From NCBI GenBank assembly GCA_963715335.1, contig CAVQRZ010000025.1:32001-96000 (forward strand): a DNA stretch of 64,000 bases, written 5' to 3'. The position numbers and the translations under genes were made by a program. Of this stretch, positions 1 to 12,545 are shown one piece after another. Each line of letters opens with the position of its first letter. Within the stretch, counting starts at the first letter, position 1. The notes beneath the pieces are model-generated. The model did not search any database and was not told where the DNA came from. It saw nothing but the letters and a program-made list of their open reading frames with translations. Origin of the DNA: an uncultured delta proteobacterium (GTDB lineage Bacteria; Desulfobacterota; Desulfuromonadia; Desulfuromonadales; BM103).

Positions 1-413
1 TCGACTTCTTCTCAGTCGGTACCAATGATCTGATTCAATACTGCCTGGCAATCGATCGCGGCAATGAACACGTTGCCTATCTTTACGAACCTATGCACCC
101 TGCTGTTCTCCAGGCGTTGCTGCTTGTCTGCAAGGCGGCAAAGTCTGCAGGAATCGAGGTAGGGATGTGTGGTGAGATGGCCGGCGAGGATATGTATTCT
201 CTGGTATTGATTGCACTTGGCTTTAACGAGCTGTCTATGAATGCCTCAAGTATCTCGAGGGTAAAACGGATCATGCGCCAGGTCAAGTATTCAGAAGTTC
301 AGGAGATTCTCAAGAGCCTTCTGGGCCTTGCAACGGCTGATGATGTTGTCTCTGTTCTCGAAAAGGAGATGCGTCAGCGTTATCCGCAGGTGTTTGCCGA
401 AAGACAATTCTAG
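1..413 (+). CDS. ptsI: Phosphoenolpyruvate-protein phosphotransferase (PTS enzyme I), 3' part, truncated by window start
   Basis: Frame from nt 3 reads DFFSVGTNDLIQY..DRGN..HPAV..MCGEMAG, the C-terminal PEP-binding motifs of enzyme I. Confidence 0.93.
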   Translation, partial: DFFSVGTNDLIQYCLAIDRGNEHVAYLYEPMHPAVLQALLLVCKAAKSAGIEVGMCGEMAGEDMYSLVLIALGFNELSMNASSISRVKRIMRQVKYSEVQEILKSLLGLATADDVVSVLEKEMRQRYPQVFAERQF

Positions 414-469
414 AAAGGGTCGAAAATCTTTCTTTGGTTCTTGATTTCCTTTGCCAGACGCCAGAAAGC

Positions 470-498
470 TTGACAGTGACACCGTAAAAGATTAATGT
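470..498 (+). promoter_or_regulatory. Sigma70-type promoter for metK
   Basis: TTGACA (470-475), 17-nt spacer, TAATGT (493-498); SD AGGAG follows before ATG 536. Confidence 0.6.
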
Positions 499-535
499 TC
501 CGCTTCCGCAAAGACATTACTTAGGAGTAAAAACC

Positions 536-1705
536 ATGGCAATGACAGATTTCCTGTTTACTTCCGAATCCGTTTCCGAGGGTCACCCCGACAAGGTTGC
601 AGACCAGATTTCAGACGCGATCCTCGATGCGATAATCGCCCAGGACCCAGCGGCCAGGGTCGCTTGTGAAACTCTCGTTACCACAGGCATGGCGATGATT
701 GCCGGTGAAATTACCACCAGTGCCTATGTCGATATGCCGAATATCGTCCGTCAAACCATAAAGGAGATTGGCTACGACGATTCATCAATGGGTTTTGACT
801 ATGAGACCTGTGCGGTACTGACCACAATTGATCGACAGTCTCCGGATATCTCTCAGGGTGTGACGGAAGGCCAGGGCATGTTTGCCGAGCAGGGTGCCGG
901 TGACCAGGGGCTGATGTTCGGTTACGCCTGCAATGAGACGCCTGAACTGATGCCCATGCCGATTACTTTTGCCCACAAGCTGACCAAAAGGCTGGCTGAA
1001 GTGCGCAAGAGCGGGCTGCTTAATTTCCTGCGCCCTGACAGCAAATCGCAGGTCTCGATCCAGTACATCAATGACAAACCGATCCGGGTTGACACAGTGG
1101 TCGTTTCCTCTCAACATGCACCGGATGTGACTTACGAAAACCTTAAGGAAGCAATTATCGAAGAGGTTGTGCGCAAGGTTATTCCGCAAGACCTGCTCGA
1201 TGAAAAAACCAAGTATTTCATCAACCCGACGGGCCGGTTTGTAATTGGCGGGCCGATGGGTGACTGCGGTCTGACCGGACGGAAAATCATCGTTGACACC
1301 TATGGCGGCCAGGGCTCACATGGTGGTGGCGCCTTCTCCGGGAAAGACCCGTCAAAGGTCGACCGTAGCGCCTCTTACATGGCCCGCTACGTTGCCAAGA
1401 ACATCGTTGCCGCAGGCCTTGCCGACAAATGTGAAGTTCAACTTGCCTATGCAATCGGTGTCGCAGAGCCGGTTTCGGTCATGATCAATACCTTTGGCAC
1501 CGGCAAGATCCCGTCCAACGACATTGCCCGGGTTGCTCAGGAAGAGTTTGATATGCGCCCGCGTGCCATTATTAAAACTCTCGACTTGCTGCGTCCGATC
1601 TACCTCAAGACGGCTGCTTATGGCCACTTTGGTCGTGAACTGCCCGAGTTTACCTGGGAACGTACCGATCGTGTTGAATCGTTGAAGAAAAGGGCTGGAA
1701 TCTGA
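536..1705 (+). CDS. metK: S-adenosylmethionine synthetase
   Basis: [28 protein letters not shown] and YGHFGR signatures. Confidence 0.99.
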   Translation: MAMTDFLFTSESVSEGHPDKVADQISDAILDAIIAQDPAARVACETLVTTGMAMIAGEITTSAYVDMPNIVRQTIKEIGYDDSSMGFDYETCAVLTTIDRQSPDISQGVTEGQGMFAEQGAGDQGLMFGYACNETPELMPMPITFAHKLTKRLAEVRKSGLLNFLRPDSKSQVSIQYINDKPIRVDTVVVSSQHAPDVTYENLKEAIIEEVVRKVIPQDLLDEKTKYFINPTGRFVIGGPMGDCGLTGRKIIVDTYGGQGSHGGGAFSGKDPSKVDRSASYMARYVAKNIVAAGLADKCEVQLAYAIGVAEPVSVMINTFGTGKIPSNDIARVAQEEFDMRPRAIIKTLDLLRPIYLKTAAYGHFGRELPEFTWERTDRVESLKKRAGI

Positions 1706-1730
1706 GATTTTGGCACATGTAACGAATTTG

Positions 1731-1758
1731 CGGGCGGATCGTGATAACGGTCCGCCCG
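1731..1758 (+). other. GC-rich stem-loop after metK without a U-tract
   Basis: CGGGCGGATCGT-GATA-ACGGTCCGCCCG, followed by TCTG rather than a T-run. Confidence 0.55.
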
Positions 1759-1782
1759 TCTGCGTTCGAAGCGTATAGGCTG

Positions 1783-2835
1783 ATGAAACCGGAGCTTTCG
1801 ATTATTGTCCCGACCCTGAACGAGGCAGAGGCCTTGCCTCTGTTGTTAGCCGATCTGGCTGGTCAAAAAAACGTCAAGACTGAAATAATTGTTGTCGACG
1901 GCGGCTCGGTGGACTCGACAATCGAGGTTGCAAAGAGATTTTTCTTGGAGCATGGCCTTTCAGGAACATCCCTGGTCAGCCCAAGAGGTCGCGGCCGTCA
2001 ATTGAATGCCGGTGCCGGAACCGCCAGGTCTGACTGGCTGCTATTCCTCCATGCAGACAGCCGATTGCATGACCATCTCCAACTGCAACGGGCGCTGGAA
2101 TCCATGCGGGACTATCAGGGCCGAACCGGAACTGCCGCCGTAGGCCGGTTCGCTCTGCGCTTTCAACGTGATTCAGGTGGCAATGAATTTGGTTTGTTCT
2201 ATTATGAAACCAAGGCGCGGTTAGGCCGGGCGGGTTGCGTTCATGGTGACCAGGGAATGCTGATCCGGAATTCCTTTTTCGACCAAGTGGGTCCTTTTCG
2301 CGAAGACCTGCCGGTTATGGAAGACACCACCTTGGCGGAACAGATTCGCAATCAGGGGGAGTGGCTCCTTCTGCCAGGAGAGATCGTCACTTCTGCTCGT
2401 CGTTTTGAAACCGAAGGATGGCGTGCCCGACAAACGCTGAATGCCTTGATGATGAATTTTCTGGCGATCGGTTGGTTGGATTTTTTTTACAAGGCCCCGA
2501 AAATTTATCAACAACAGGACCAGGCCAGACCGTTGCAACTGGCACCTTTCTATCGTTTGATTGATGAACTTCTGTCCAAGATGACAGCTCGTCAGAAATG
2601 GTTATTGTGGATGGCTACCGGAGCTTATGTGCGCGGTCAGGCCTGGCAAATAGGCCTGGCCATGGATTGTCGAAAGGCCTATCTCGGCAACCACGTTCAC
2701 CCGCAAAAACCAGGCTGTTGGCTGAACTGGTTCGATCGGTGGTTTGAACCACTGACGAATCATCGTCTTGGTGATTTTGTTGCTGCGGTGCTGGTCCGGC
2801 TATGGTTTGCCGTTCAGCTTCGCCGCCGTATCTAG
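1783..2835 (+). CDS. Glycosyltransferase family 2, TIGR04283-like, with C-terminal extension
   Basis: LSIIVPTLNE, VVDGGS.D.T, GRG.QLN.GA, LLFLHADS, GDQG, MED and TSARRF motifs. ATG 1783 is preferred to GTG 1741, which lies inside the hairpin. Confidence 0.85.
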   Translation: MKPELSIIVPTLNEAEALPLLLADLAGQKNVKTEIIVVDGGSVDSTIEVAKRFFLEHGLSGTSLVSPRGRGRQLNAGAGTARSDWLLFLHADSRLHDHLQLQRALESMRDYQGRTGTAAVGRFALRFQRDSGGNEFGLFYYETKARLGRAGCVHGDQGMLIRNSFFDQVGPFREDLPVMEDTTLAEQIRNQGEWLLLPGEIVTSARRFETEGWRARQTLNALMMNFLAIGWLDFFYKAPKIYQQQDQARPLQLAPFYRLIDELLSKMTARQKWLLWMATGAYVRGQAWQIGLAMDCRKAYLGNHVHPQKPGCWLNWFDRWFEPLTNHRLGDFVAAVLVRLWFAVQLRRRI

Positions 2836-2856
2836 CAAGCTCTGGCAGGTGCAACC

Positions 2857-3252
2857 ATGAGTACGAGTATTAACGAACAAGTGCAGGACATCCCGTTTCT
2901 GAAAACCCTGGGCGTTGCAGTCAAGGAAATTGCAGAACAACACGCAGAGATGACCGTAACGATAGATGACCGCCACTTGAATTACATGGGCACGGTTCAT
3001 GGCGGACTGATTTCAACCCTGATCGATACGGTCTGTTTCTTCCCCATGCCACTTATCCCTTCGGGCCTCAAACTGACGACTGTCGATCTTAATGTCAGTT
3101 ACGTCAGATCCGCTCGGAAAGGTGATACCCTGGTCGCCCGCTCCGAACTCCTGCACCTGGGTTGTCGTACCGCACGGCTGTCGGTCAAGGTTACCGATCA
3201 AAAGCAAAGCCTTGTCGCGTACGGAACTGCGACCCTGATGGTCCTGTCCTGA
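2857..3252 (+). CDS. PaaI-family hotdog-fold thioesterase
   Basis: HLN..G.VHGG.I.TLID and TVDLNVSY motifs; 131 aa. Confidence 0.9.
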   Translation: MSTSINEQVQDIPFLKTLGVAVKEIAEQHAEMTVTIDDRHLNYMGTVHGGLISTLIDTVCFFPMPLIPSGLKLTTVDLNVSYVRSARKGDTLVARSELLHLGCRTARLSVKVTDQKQSLVAYGTATLMVLS

Positions 3253-3292
3253 TTCACTGCGTAATTTTCTCTTGTTTTTATTCGGGAGATGT

Positions 3293-3314
3293 AATATCAA
3301 CTATAATTGATATT
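3293..3314. promoter_or_regulatory. Palindromic operator overlapping a -10 box, probable SahR site
   Basis: Perfect inverted repeat AATATCAA-CTATAA-TTGATATT with TATAAT at 3302-3307, 21 nt before the regulator ATG. Confidence 0.75.
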
Positions 3315-3335
3315 TAAAATGTCTTAGGTTGATAT

Positions 3336-4265
3336 ATGCTTGAAGTCCTGAAAATCCTGGCTGATACAACCCGACTGAGGCTCCTGCGGATACTCCGCCA
3401 GGGTGATTTTACGGTGCAGGAGCTTATGCAGGCTCTGCACATGGGCCAGTCCAGGATTTCACGGCATTTGATCCTCATGAACGAAGTTGGCCTGCTTAAG
3501 GTTGAAAAGCAGGGAACCTGGCGCTACTATCGCCTGGCGCCGGAAAACCGGTTTTTTCAAAAGATCTGGCCGATTATCGAAGAGCACCTCGCTGAACTTG
3601 GAATGCGGGAACAGGATGCGGGTGGTCTGCTCTCGATCATGATGGAGCGACGCAAACGCAGCCAGGAATTCTTTGACCGCCATGCCCGTGACTGGGACGT
3701 CATGCATACGGAGTTGCTCAAGCTTCCCGATTATCAGTCAGATCTGCTGGCACTGCTGCCGGAGGGAGGCCTGACCGTTGAAATCGGTGTCGGGTCAGGT
3801 ACGCTGCTCCCTTTTCTGATCGACAGGGCTGATCGTGTTATCGGCCTGGACCAGTCACCGTCCATGGTCACACTGGCCAGAGAGACGGTGCAACATCATC
3901 GCCTCGCGGCAAGCGTCGACGTCCGCCTGGCAGAGATGAATCACCTGCCGATGGCTGACGGTTCGGTGCGGACCTTTGTGATGAATCAGGTTCTGCATCA
4001 CGCCGAGCAACCGGGTGATGTCCTCAGAGAGGTGGGACGTGCTCTCGCCAGGGACGGGCTGCTGGTGATTGCCGATCTGACACGCCATGAATACGACTGG
4101 GTCCGGGAGCGGCTGGCAGACCAGTGGCTCGGCTTCAAACGCGTGGAACTTGAGGACTGGCTGGCCGAGGCCGATATGCAGATACGCACTTACCAGGAAT
4201 TCGGTGGCTCCGGATCTCACCAGGGAGTCATGCTGTTGACAGCAACGTTTAACGATAACAATTGA
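3336..4265 (+). CDS. sahR: ArsR-HTH plus class I methyltransferase-fold regulator (SahR-like)
   Basis: N-terminal LAD.TRLRLL..L / QSRISRHL..M / WRYYRL ArsR HTH; C-terminal VEIGVGSG, GLDQS..M, LHHAEQP; directly upstream of ahcY. Confidence 0.85.
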   Translation: MLEVLKILADTTRLRLLRILRQGDFTVQELMQALHMGQSRISRHLILMNEVGLLKVEKQGTWRYYRLAPENRFFQKIWPIIEEHLAELGMREQDAGGLLSIMMERRKRSQEFFDRHARDWDVMHTELLKLPDYQSDLLALLPEGGLTVEIGVGSGTLLPFLIDRADRVIGLDQSPSMVTLARETVQHHRLAASVDVRLAEMNHLPMADGSVRTFVMNQVLHHAEQPGDVLREVGRALARDGLLVIADLTRHEYDWVRERLADQWLGFKRVELEDWLAEADMQIRTYQEFGGSGSHQGVMLLTATFNDNN

Positions 4266-4292
4266 TAAACATTATATTGAGGAGAAACAGAA

Positions 4293-5750
<1,458 letters not shown>

Positions 5751-5777
5751 GGTTTTTGTTGTTTGATTGCGTGATGG

Positions 5778-5807
5778 GGGACGGGCTGCGGAGCCCGTCC
5801 CTTTTTT
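5778..5807 (+). terminator. Intrinsic terminator after ahcY
   Basis: GGGACGGGCT-GCGG-AGCCCGTCCC then TTTTTT; sits between convergent genes. Confidence 0.85.
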
Positions 5808-5818
5808 AGGTTGACGGG

Positions 5819-6907
5819 TTAATCCTGAGCTTTCAGAAACAGCCAGGTGGCGGTCAGGACCATCAGGATATTGGCGGACCATGCCGCCACGACCGGAGAG
5901 AGTATCGCTGACCCACCCATGGCGGCGAAAATTGCATAGAGGACGAAGTAGACAATAAAAACAACCATGCTGACGACGATCCCGAGTGCAAAACTGGGCT
6001 GGCGCCCGCGCTGCAGGGCGAACGGCATGCCGAGCAGTACCATGATCAGTGGAATGAAGGCTTTCGACAATCGCAGATGTGACTCGAGTTGGTAAGTCTT
6101 CGGATCGTGCCCATCCGCTTTCAATGTTTCGATGAGTCGGTACAGTTCGATCTGGGTCATTTCCTCAGGGTTGTTCCAGAGTTGGGTCACTTCAGACGGT
6201 TCTTTCCCCAGGTCAAGCAGCGACTCCTCCTTTTCTTCGTAGCCTTGAATGGTTTTATTCTCCGGTGAGAACTGCCAGAGTTTTACCCCTTTGCAGGACC
6301 ATGTGCCGTTTCCCCTATAATGTCCCGAAACGGCCTGCAGCCGTTCGACGGGTTTAAATCGATTGTTAAAGGTGATGATCGTAATACCAAAGAGAACTCC
6401 TCGCTGGGGGAAGGAGCGGTTGATGTGCACGATCCTGTCACCGTTCTTGAAGAAAAGGTCCTTTGATTCGTTTGCAGCCTCTCCGGATTTGTTAGTGATC
6501 TGCACATTCCTGATATACTCGGTCTCCTGAATTCCCAGGGGCGTCAGCCAGAGGTTACAGAGCAGGAGAAGTCCACAGAGGAGAAACCCGGTCAGGAACA
6601 TTGAACGACTGATCCTGGAAATACTGATTCCTCCGCCGAGCAGGGCCGTCAACTGGTTGGTGCGCGAAAGATCACCAATGGTCGCGAAAGCAGCGAGGAG
6701 AACCGCCATCGGCAGTGTGTTGGAGATCATCAGCGGCAGGTTGTAGAGAGGGTAGCGAAAATAGTGGACGAGAGCGGCCTGGTTCTCGATGAAATCATCA
6801 ACTTTCTCAATGAACTCGATGACCGCATACAATGATACAAGCGCCAGCAGGATAAACACCAGGTTCTTCAGAAACAGGGTCGTTATGTAACGATCAAGCG
6901 TGGTCAT
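5819..6907 (-). CDS. lptG: LPS export ABC permease LptG
   Basis: MTTLDRYI start, LPMAVLLA, L.RTNQL, beta-jellyroll periplasmic region, P.VAAW; paired with lptF. Start set at ATG 6907. Confidence 0.88.
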   Translation of the reverse strand: MTTLDRYITTLFLKNLVFILLALVSLYAVIEFIEKVDDFIENQAALVHYFRYPLYNLPLMISNTLPMAVLLAAFATIGDLSRTNQLTALLGGGISISRISRSMFLTGFLLCGLLLLCNLWLTPLGIQETEYIRNVQITNKSGEAANESKDLFFKNGDRIVHINRSFPQRGVLFGITIITFNNRFKPVERLQAVSGHYRGNGTWSCKGVKLWQFSPENKTIQGYEEKEESLLDLGKEPSEVTQLWNNPEEMTQIELYRLIETLKADGHDPKTYQLESHLRLSKAFIPLIMVLLGMPFALQRGRQPSFALGIVVSMVVFIVYFVLYAIFAAMGGSAILSPVVAAWSANILMVLTATWLFLKAQD

Positions 6908-8096
6908 TGTTCTTGTGTATACAATTTCTGAGATATGCCATCGTTTGCTCAACTTGTGAGACGAATAAACTGGGTTGTTCGTGAGCGCTGCGGTACAGGC
7001 AGTAAAGTCCGGACAAGCCTAACAGCAAGTGGGGGAGCCAGAAGGTCAGCCACGGAGCGATGCCCGCATCGGCAGTAAAAGTTTGTGCCAGTGAAAGCAT
7101 CAGGTAGTAACAAAGATATATGATTAGTCCGACAACGAAACCGCCACTGCGACCCGATCGGTGGGTCTGGATACTGAAGGGCAGCCCGAACAGGGCGAAA
7201 ATCAATGGGGCCATCGGCGAGGCCATCCGGGTGTGTATTTCCGCTGTTACTGCGCCGAGTTTACGCTCATTGCCGGCGCCGTTTTCCCTGTGGAGCTGTC
7301 GCCAGAGTTGAGCGGTTGACATCTCCTTGGGTCGTTTCCTCTGGCCTGCTTTCCCGGCAGTCTCCTCGCCGTTGCCGGTCAGGTTGGGTTGTACGTCGTA
7401 GTTGCGGAAGTTGATGAGCTGGTAAGTCGAATCATCGACGGTCTTCTGACGATGGATCGTCCCGTCCTGCAGTCGGAACATGATCGTTTCCTCTTGTTCA
7501 TCTGCAACGATATCTCCGTGTTCGGCAAATATCAGCATTGTCGCGTCAGGGTTTTTCTCGACAATGAAAAGGCCAGTCATCTGGCCGGTGCGGGCGTCGA
7601 GATCGTTCGCATAGAGGACCATGTTGTTGAACTGCTTCATGAATACTTGCGGCTGAAATCCGATCGTGGCTTTCTGCATGGTGATGGCGAAAACCTGCTC
7701 ACGGAAAGCCTGATAACCCCATGGCTTCAGCCACAGACCCGCCACTGCTGTGAGCAGGGAGAAAACCACTGCCAGGGCAAGGATCGGGCGAGCCATCTGT
7801 GCGAGCCCTATGCCGGCCGCCTTCATGGCAATCGTTTCACTGTCAGCAGACATGCGACTGAGCCCGATCATGATGCCCATCAGAAAAGACAGCGGCAGTG
7901 TGATGTTGAGAAAGGCCGGTAGCATGGTTCCGAACAGCAACAGGATGTCAGTGATCGAGACTCCCTTGTTGACGACCAGGTCCACGAGCTTCATCAGCCT
8001 GCCCATGAGCAGCACCATGGTAAAAATCAGCAGACAGAGCAGGGTTGGCGAGAGGATCTCGCTGATGATGTATTTTTGTATTCTTGTGCCCGCCAT
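6894..8096 (-). CDS. lptF: LPS export ABC permease LptF
   Basis: IQKYI..E, LPLSFL, RMSADSE.IAMKAAG motifs of the YjgP/YjgQ family. Start set at ATG 8096. Confidence 0.9.
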   Translation of the reverse strand: MAGTRIQKYIISEILSPTLLCLLIFTMVLLMGRLMKLVDLVVNKGVSITDILLLFGTMLPAFLNITLPLSFLMGIMIGLSRMSADSETIAMKAAGIGLAQMARPILALAVVFSLLTAVAGLWLKPWGYQAFREQVFAITMQKATIGFQPQVFMKQFNNMVLYANDLDARTGQMTGLFIVEKNPDATMLIFAEHGDIVADEQEETIMFRLQDGTIHRQKTVDDSTYQLINFRNYDVQPNLTGNGEETAGKAGQRKRPKEMSTAQLWRQLHRENGAGNERKLGAVTAEIHTRMASPMAPLIFALFGLPFSIQTHRSGRSGGFVVGLIIYLCYYLMLSLAQTFTADAGIAPWLTFWLPHLLLGLSGLYCLYRSAHEQPSLFVSQVEQTMAYLRNCIHKNNDHA

Positions 8097-8157
8097 AATG
8101 CCGCATAGTAGTACAGTCAACATCAGAATGTAAACGCTATTGATGGTTAAAAACCCC

Positions 8158-8186
8158 TTGCGTTCGGGATGCTCTCATGTTATACG
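8158..8186 (+). promoter_or_regulatory. Extended -10 promoter for the rpsB-tsf operon
   Basis: TTGCGT-N17-TATACG with TG at 8178-8179, just upstream of the structured leader. Confidence 0.5.
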
Positions 8187-8199
8187 AATGTGCTGTCCA

Positions 8200-8290
8200 A
8201 TACACACGCCTTCTGACCCGGACCGGGTGCCTGACATGGGGTCAGGTCGGTTGCAGGGGTTGATGAAGGCGGCGGCCAAACCAAATTGAA
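8200..8290 (+). ncRNA. rpsB 5' leader (t44 / S2 autoregulatory RNA)
   Basis: ACACACGCCTTC...GAAGGCG outer stem (8207-8213 with 8265-8271) enclosing GGGTGCC...GGGGTC, as in the t44 family; directly upstream of rpsB. Confidence 0.75.
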
Positions 8291-8303
8291 GGGAAGTTTA
8301 AAC

Positions 8304-9179
8304 ATGGCACAGATCACTATGAAGCAATTGTTGGAGGCCGGTGTCCATTTCGGCCACCAGACCCGTCGTTGGAACCCCAAGATGAAGCCTTACATCTTCG
8401 GTGCCCGTAACGGCATTTACATTATCGACCTGCAGAAGACGGTCCGCTATTTCCGGACTGCTTACAGTTTCATTCGCGACGTTTCCCAGCGAGGCGAGAA
8501 AGTCCTTTTCGTCGGCACCAAGAAGCAGGCTCAGGATTCCATTGTTGAAGAGGCTGTCCGTGCTGGTCAGTACTATGTCAACAATCGCTGGCTGGGTGGC
8601 ATGCTGACGAATTTCTCGACTATCAAACGGAGCATTGACCGTCTGAAAAAAATCGAGGCGATGTCTGAAGACGGAACCTTCGATCTGCTGCTCAAGAAAG
8701 AGGTCCTGCAACTGGAACGGGAAAAGACCAAGCTGGAAAAAAGTCTCGGCGGGATCAAGAACATGACCCGTCTGCCTGCGGCGGTTTTTATCGTTGACCC
8801 GAACAAGGAAGACATTGCCGTCAAGGAAGCCCGCAAGCTCGGCATCCCGGTTGTCGCCGTGGTTGATACCAACTGTGATCCCGATGGGATTGAATACATC
8901 ATCCCCGGCAATGACGATGCGATTCGTGCCATCCGCCTGTTTGCTTCGAAAATGGCAGAGGCGTGCCTCGAAGGTGCCGCTGCCCGTCAAGAAAATCTGC
9001 GCAACGACGCAGAAGGTGCTGACTTGGAAGAACCGGCTGTTGAAGTGGCCACAGAGTCTGCTGTTATTGAAAAGACCGCAGCCGTTGCGGCGAAGGTGAC
9101 CGAAGCGGCAACAGAAAAGGTCGTCGCTGCAGAAGCGGCTGAAGTGACCAAAGCAGAGGATACAACGGCAGAAGCGTAA
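8304..9179 (+). CDS. rpsB: 30S ribosomal protein S2
   Basis: [31 protein letters not shown]; Ala/Glu-rich C-terminal tail. Confidence 0.99.
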   Translation: MAQITMKQLLEAGVHFGHQTRRWNPKMKPYIFGARNGIYIIDLQKTVRYFRTAYSFIRDVSQRGEKVLFVGTKKQAQDSIVEEAVRAGQYYVNNRWLGGMLTNFSTIKRSIDRLKKIEAMSEDGTFDLLLKKEVLQLEREKTKLEKSLGGIKNMTRLPAAVFIVDPNKEDIAVKEARKLGIPVVAVVDTNCDPDGIEYIIPGNDDAIRAIRLFASKMAEACLEGAAARQENLRNDAEGADLEEPAVEVATESAVIEKTAAVAAKVTEAATEKVVAAEAAEVTKAEDTTAEA

Positions 9180-9200
9180 CCGGCCGATACGTATAAATAC

Positions 9201-9232
9201 AAAAAGGCGGTCTGCATTGCAGCCGCCTTTTT
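9201..9232. terminator. Terminator-like hairpin between rpsB and tsf
   Basis: AAAAAGGCGG-TCTGCATTGCAG-CCGCCTTTTT. Confidence 0.7.
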
Positions 9233-9282
9233 ATCAGACAACTCAATATTTGCCAAGATAGCAGGATAGAGGAGGTTTTAAG

Positions 9283-10945
<1,663 letters not shown>

Positions 10946-10949
10946 TACT

Positions 10950-11507
10950 ATGATCACTGATGTCAAATCCAATGCTAGTGCCGGTATGACCAAGGCCCTG
11001 GAGTCTTTCAAACGTGACTTGAGCAAGGTTCGGACCGGGCGCGCCTCACTCTCTCTGCTTGATGACGTCAAGGTTGATTACTACGGCATCCCGACGCCAC
11101 TCAACCAGGTCGGATCCCTGGCGGTTCCCGAACCTCGTCTGATTACAATTCAGCCGTGGGAGAAGAACCTGATCGGTGAAATCGAAAAAGCCATTCTCAA
11201 GGCCGATCTCGGCTTGAATCCCAATTCAGACGGGCAAGTCATCCGGCTGGCTTTCCCGCCGCTGACCGAAGAACGTCGTAAAGATATGGTCAAAATGGTC
11301 AAACGCATGGGTGAAGATGCCAAGGTCGGGATTCGCAATGTCCGCCGCGAGGCCAACGATACCTTGAAGAAACATGAGAAGGACAAGAATATCACCGAAG
11401 ACGAGCTCAAGCGCGGCGAGAAGGAAATCCAGGACGTGACGGATGAATTCGTTTCCCGTGTGGACAAGGTGATTGAAGAAAAAGAAAAAGACCTCATGGA
11501 GATTTAA
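10950..11507 (+). CDS. frr: Ribosome recycling factor
   Basis: [32 protein letters not shown] 10950 after SD AGGAG. Confidence 0.98.
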   Translation: MITDVKSNASAGMTKALESFKRDLSKVRTGRASLSLLDDVKVDYYGIPTPLNQVGSLAVPEPRLITIQPWEKNLIGEIEKAILKADLGLNPNSDGQVIRLAFPPLTEERRKDMVKMVKRMGEDAKVGIRNVRREANDTLKKHEKDKNITEDELKRGEKEIQDVTDEFVSRVDKVIEEKEKDLMEI

Positions 11508-11538
11508 TCTCTCCGGATGACGGCCATGAGACTTTTCT

Positions 11539-11682
11539 ATGAAAATAACTTATGAGGGCATCGCTTGCGGGACTTGCGTGGGGTTCTGCCCGGTCGGTGC
11601 TGTTCCTTACGCAGTAACATTAGAAGGTGCGGATTGTCGGGCCTGTGTTGACATCTGTTCGATAGCTGCCATCGTCGATTGA
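11539..11682 (+). CDS. 47-aa degenerate 2[4Fe-4S] ferredoxin-like ORF (possibly a decaying gene)
   Basis: Hand translation MKITYEGIACGTCVGFCPVGAVPYAVTLEGADCRACVDICSIAAIVD*; two xxxCxxCxxxC motifs; too short for the ORF track; weak SD. Confidence 0.7.
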   Translation: MKITYEGIACGTCVGFCPVGAVPYAVTLEGADCRACVDICSIAAIVD

Positions 11683-11685
11683 ATC

Positions 11686-11710
11686 AAGGGGCGCCTGACG
11701 GGCGCCCTTC
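11686..11710 (+). terminator. Hairpin after the ferredoxin-like ORF
   Basis: GGGCGCC-TGACG-GGCGCCC then TTCCTATT (weak U-tract). Confidence 0.5.
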
Positions 11711-11798
11711 CTATTGGCAGACTGTCTCCGGTTGCCCGATTCATTGCCACTGTGATATTTTACTGACTCCTGTTTCATCAACCGGGGCAGCGTTGTTT

Positions 11799-12545
11799 AT
11801 GCAGATTCCCAGACATCTTGCGATTATTATGGACGGTAACGGCCGTTGGGCGGAACAACGTCGCCTGCCGCGCATCCTGGGGCACCGGAAAGGTGTTGAA
11901 ACTGTCCAGAAAGTTGTTGACGAATGCCTCGAACTGGGGATCGGTTATCTGACCCTGTATGCCTTCAGTTCGGAGAACTGGGGACGTCCCCGGGACGAAG
12001 TCGATGCCTTGATGGGATTGCTCGGCAACTTCCTGAAAAAGGAATTGAGCCAGCTCCAGAAACGAGGTGTCAGGCTGGTGGCAATCGGCGAGCTCGACCG
12101 TTTGCCGGAGGGAACAGTTAAAATCCTCAAGGACATTATCGGTAAGACCGAGCATAATACGAACATGGTCCTGAACCTGGCACTTTCCTATGGCTCACGT
12201 AACGAATTGACAAGAGTCATGCAGCAGCTTGGCAGGGATATAGCCGAGGGGATCCTGTTGCCTGACAACCTCTCCGAGCAGGATATTGAAGCCTGTCTCG
12301 ATACTCGAGATATCCCCAGCCCGGATCTGCTGATTCGGACAAGCGGTGAGATGAGAGTCAGTAATTTCCTGCTCTGGCAAATTGCCTATACGGAGCTTTA
12401 CTTCACTGAGACGCTCTGGCCGGACTTCTCTCACGACGAGTTAATCAAGGCTCTGCAGGCTTACAGCAACCGCCAGCGGCGCTTCGGGCTGACCGGCGCT
12501 CAATTGAATGGTGCGGCAGAAAGAGACGGGGAGGGGCGTTATTAA
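11799..12545 (+). CDS. uppS: Undecaprenyl diphosphate synthase
   Basis: [43 protein letters not shown]; start set at ATG 11799. Confidence 0.98.
   Translation: MQIPRHLAIIMDGNGRWAEQRRLPRILGHRKGVETVQKVVDECLELGIGYLTLYAFSSENWGRPRDEVDALMGLLGNFLKKELSQLQKRGVRLVAIGELDRLPEGTVKILKDIIGKTEHNTNMVLNLALSYGSRNELTRVMQQLGRDIAEGILLPDNLSEQDIEACLDTRDIPSPDLLIRTSGEMRVSNFLLWQIAYTELYFTETLWPDFSHDELIKALQAYSNRQRRFGLTGAQLNGAAERDGEGRY

Noticed and set aside
9000..9179. Ala/Glu/Thr-rich repetitive tail of S2
   Set aside because: Variable acidic C-terminal extensions are common in S2.
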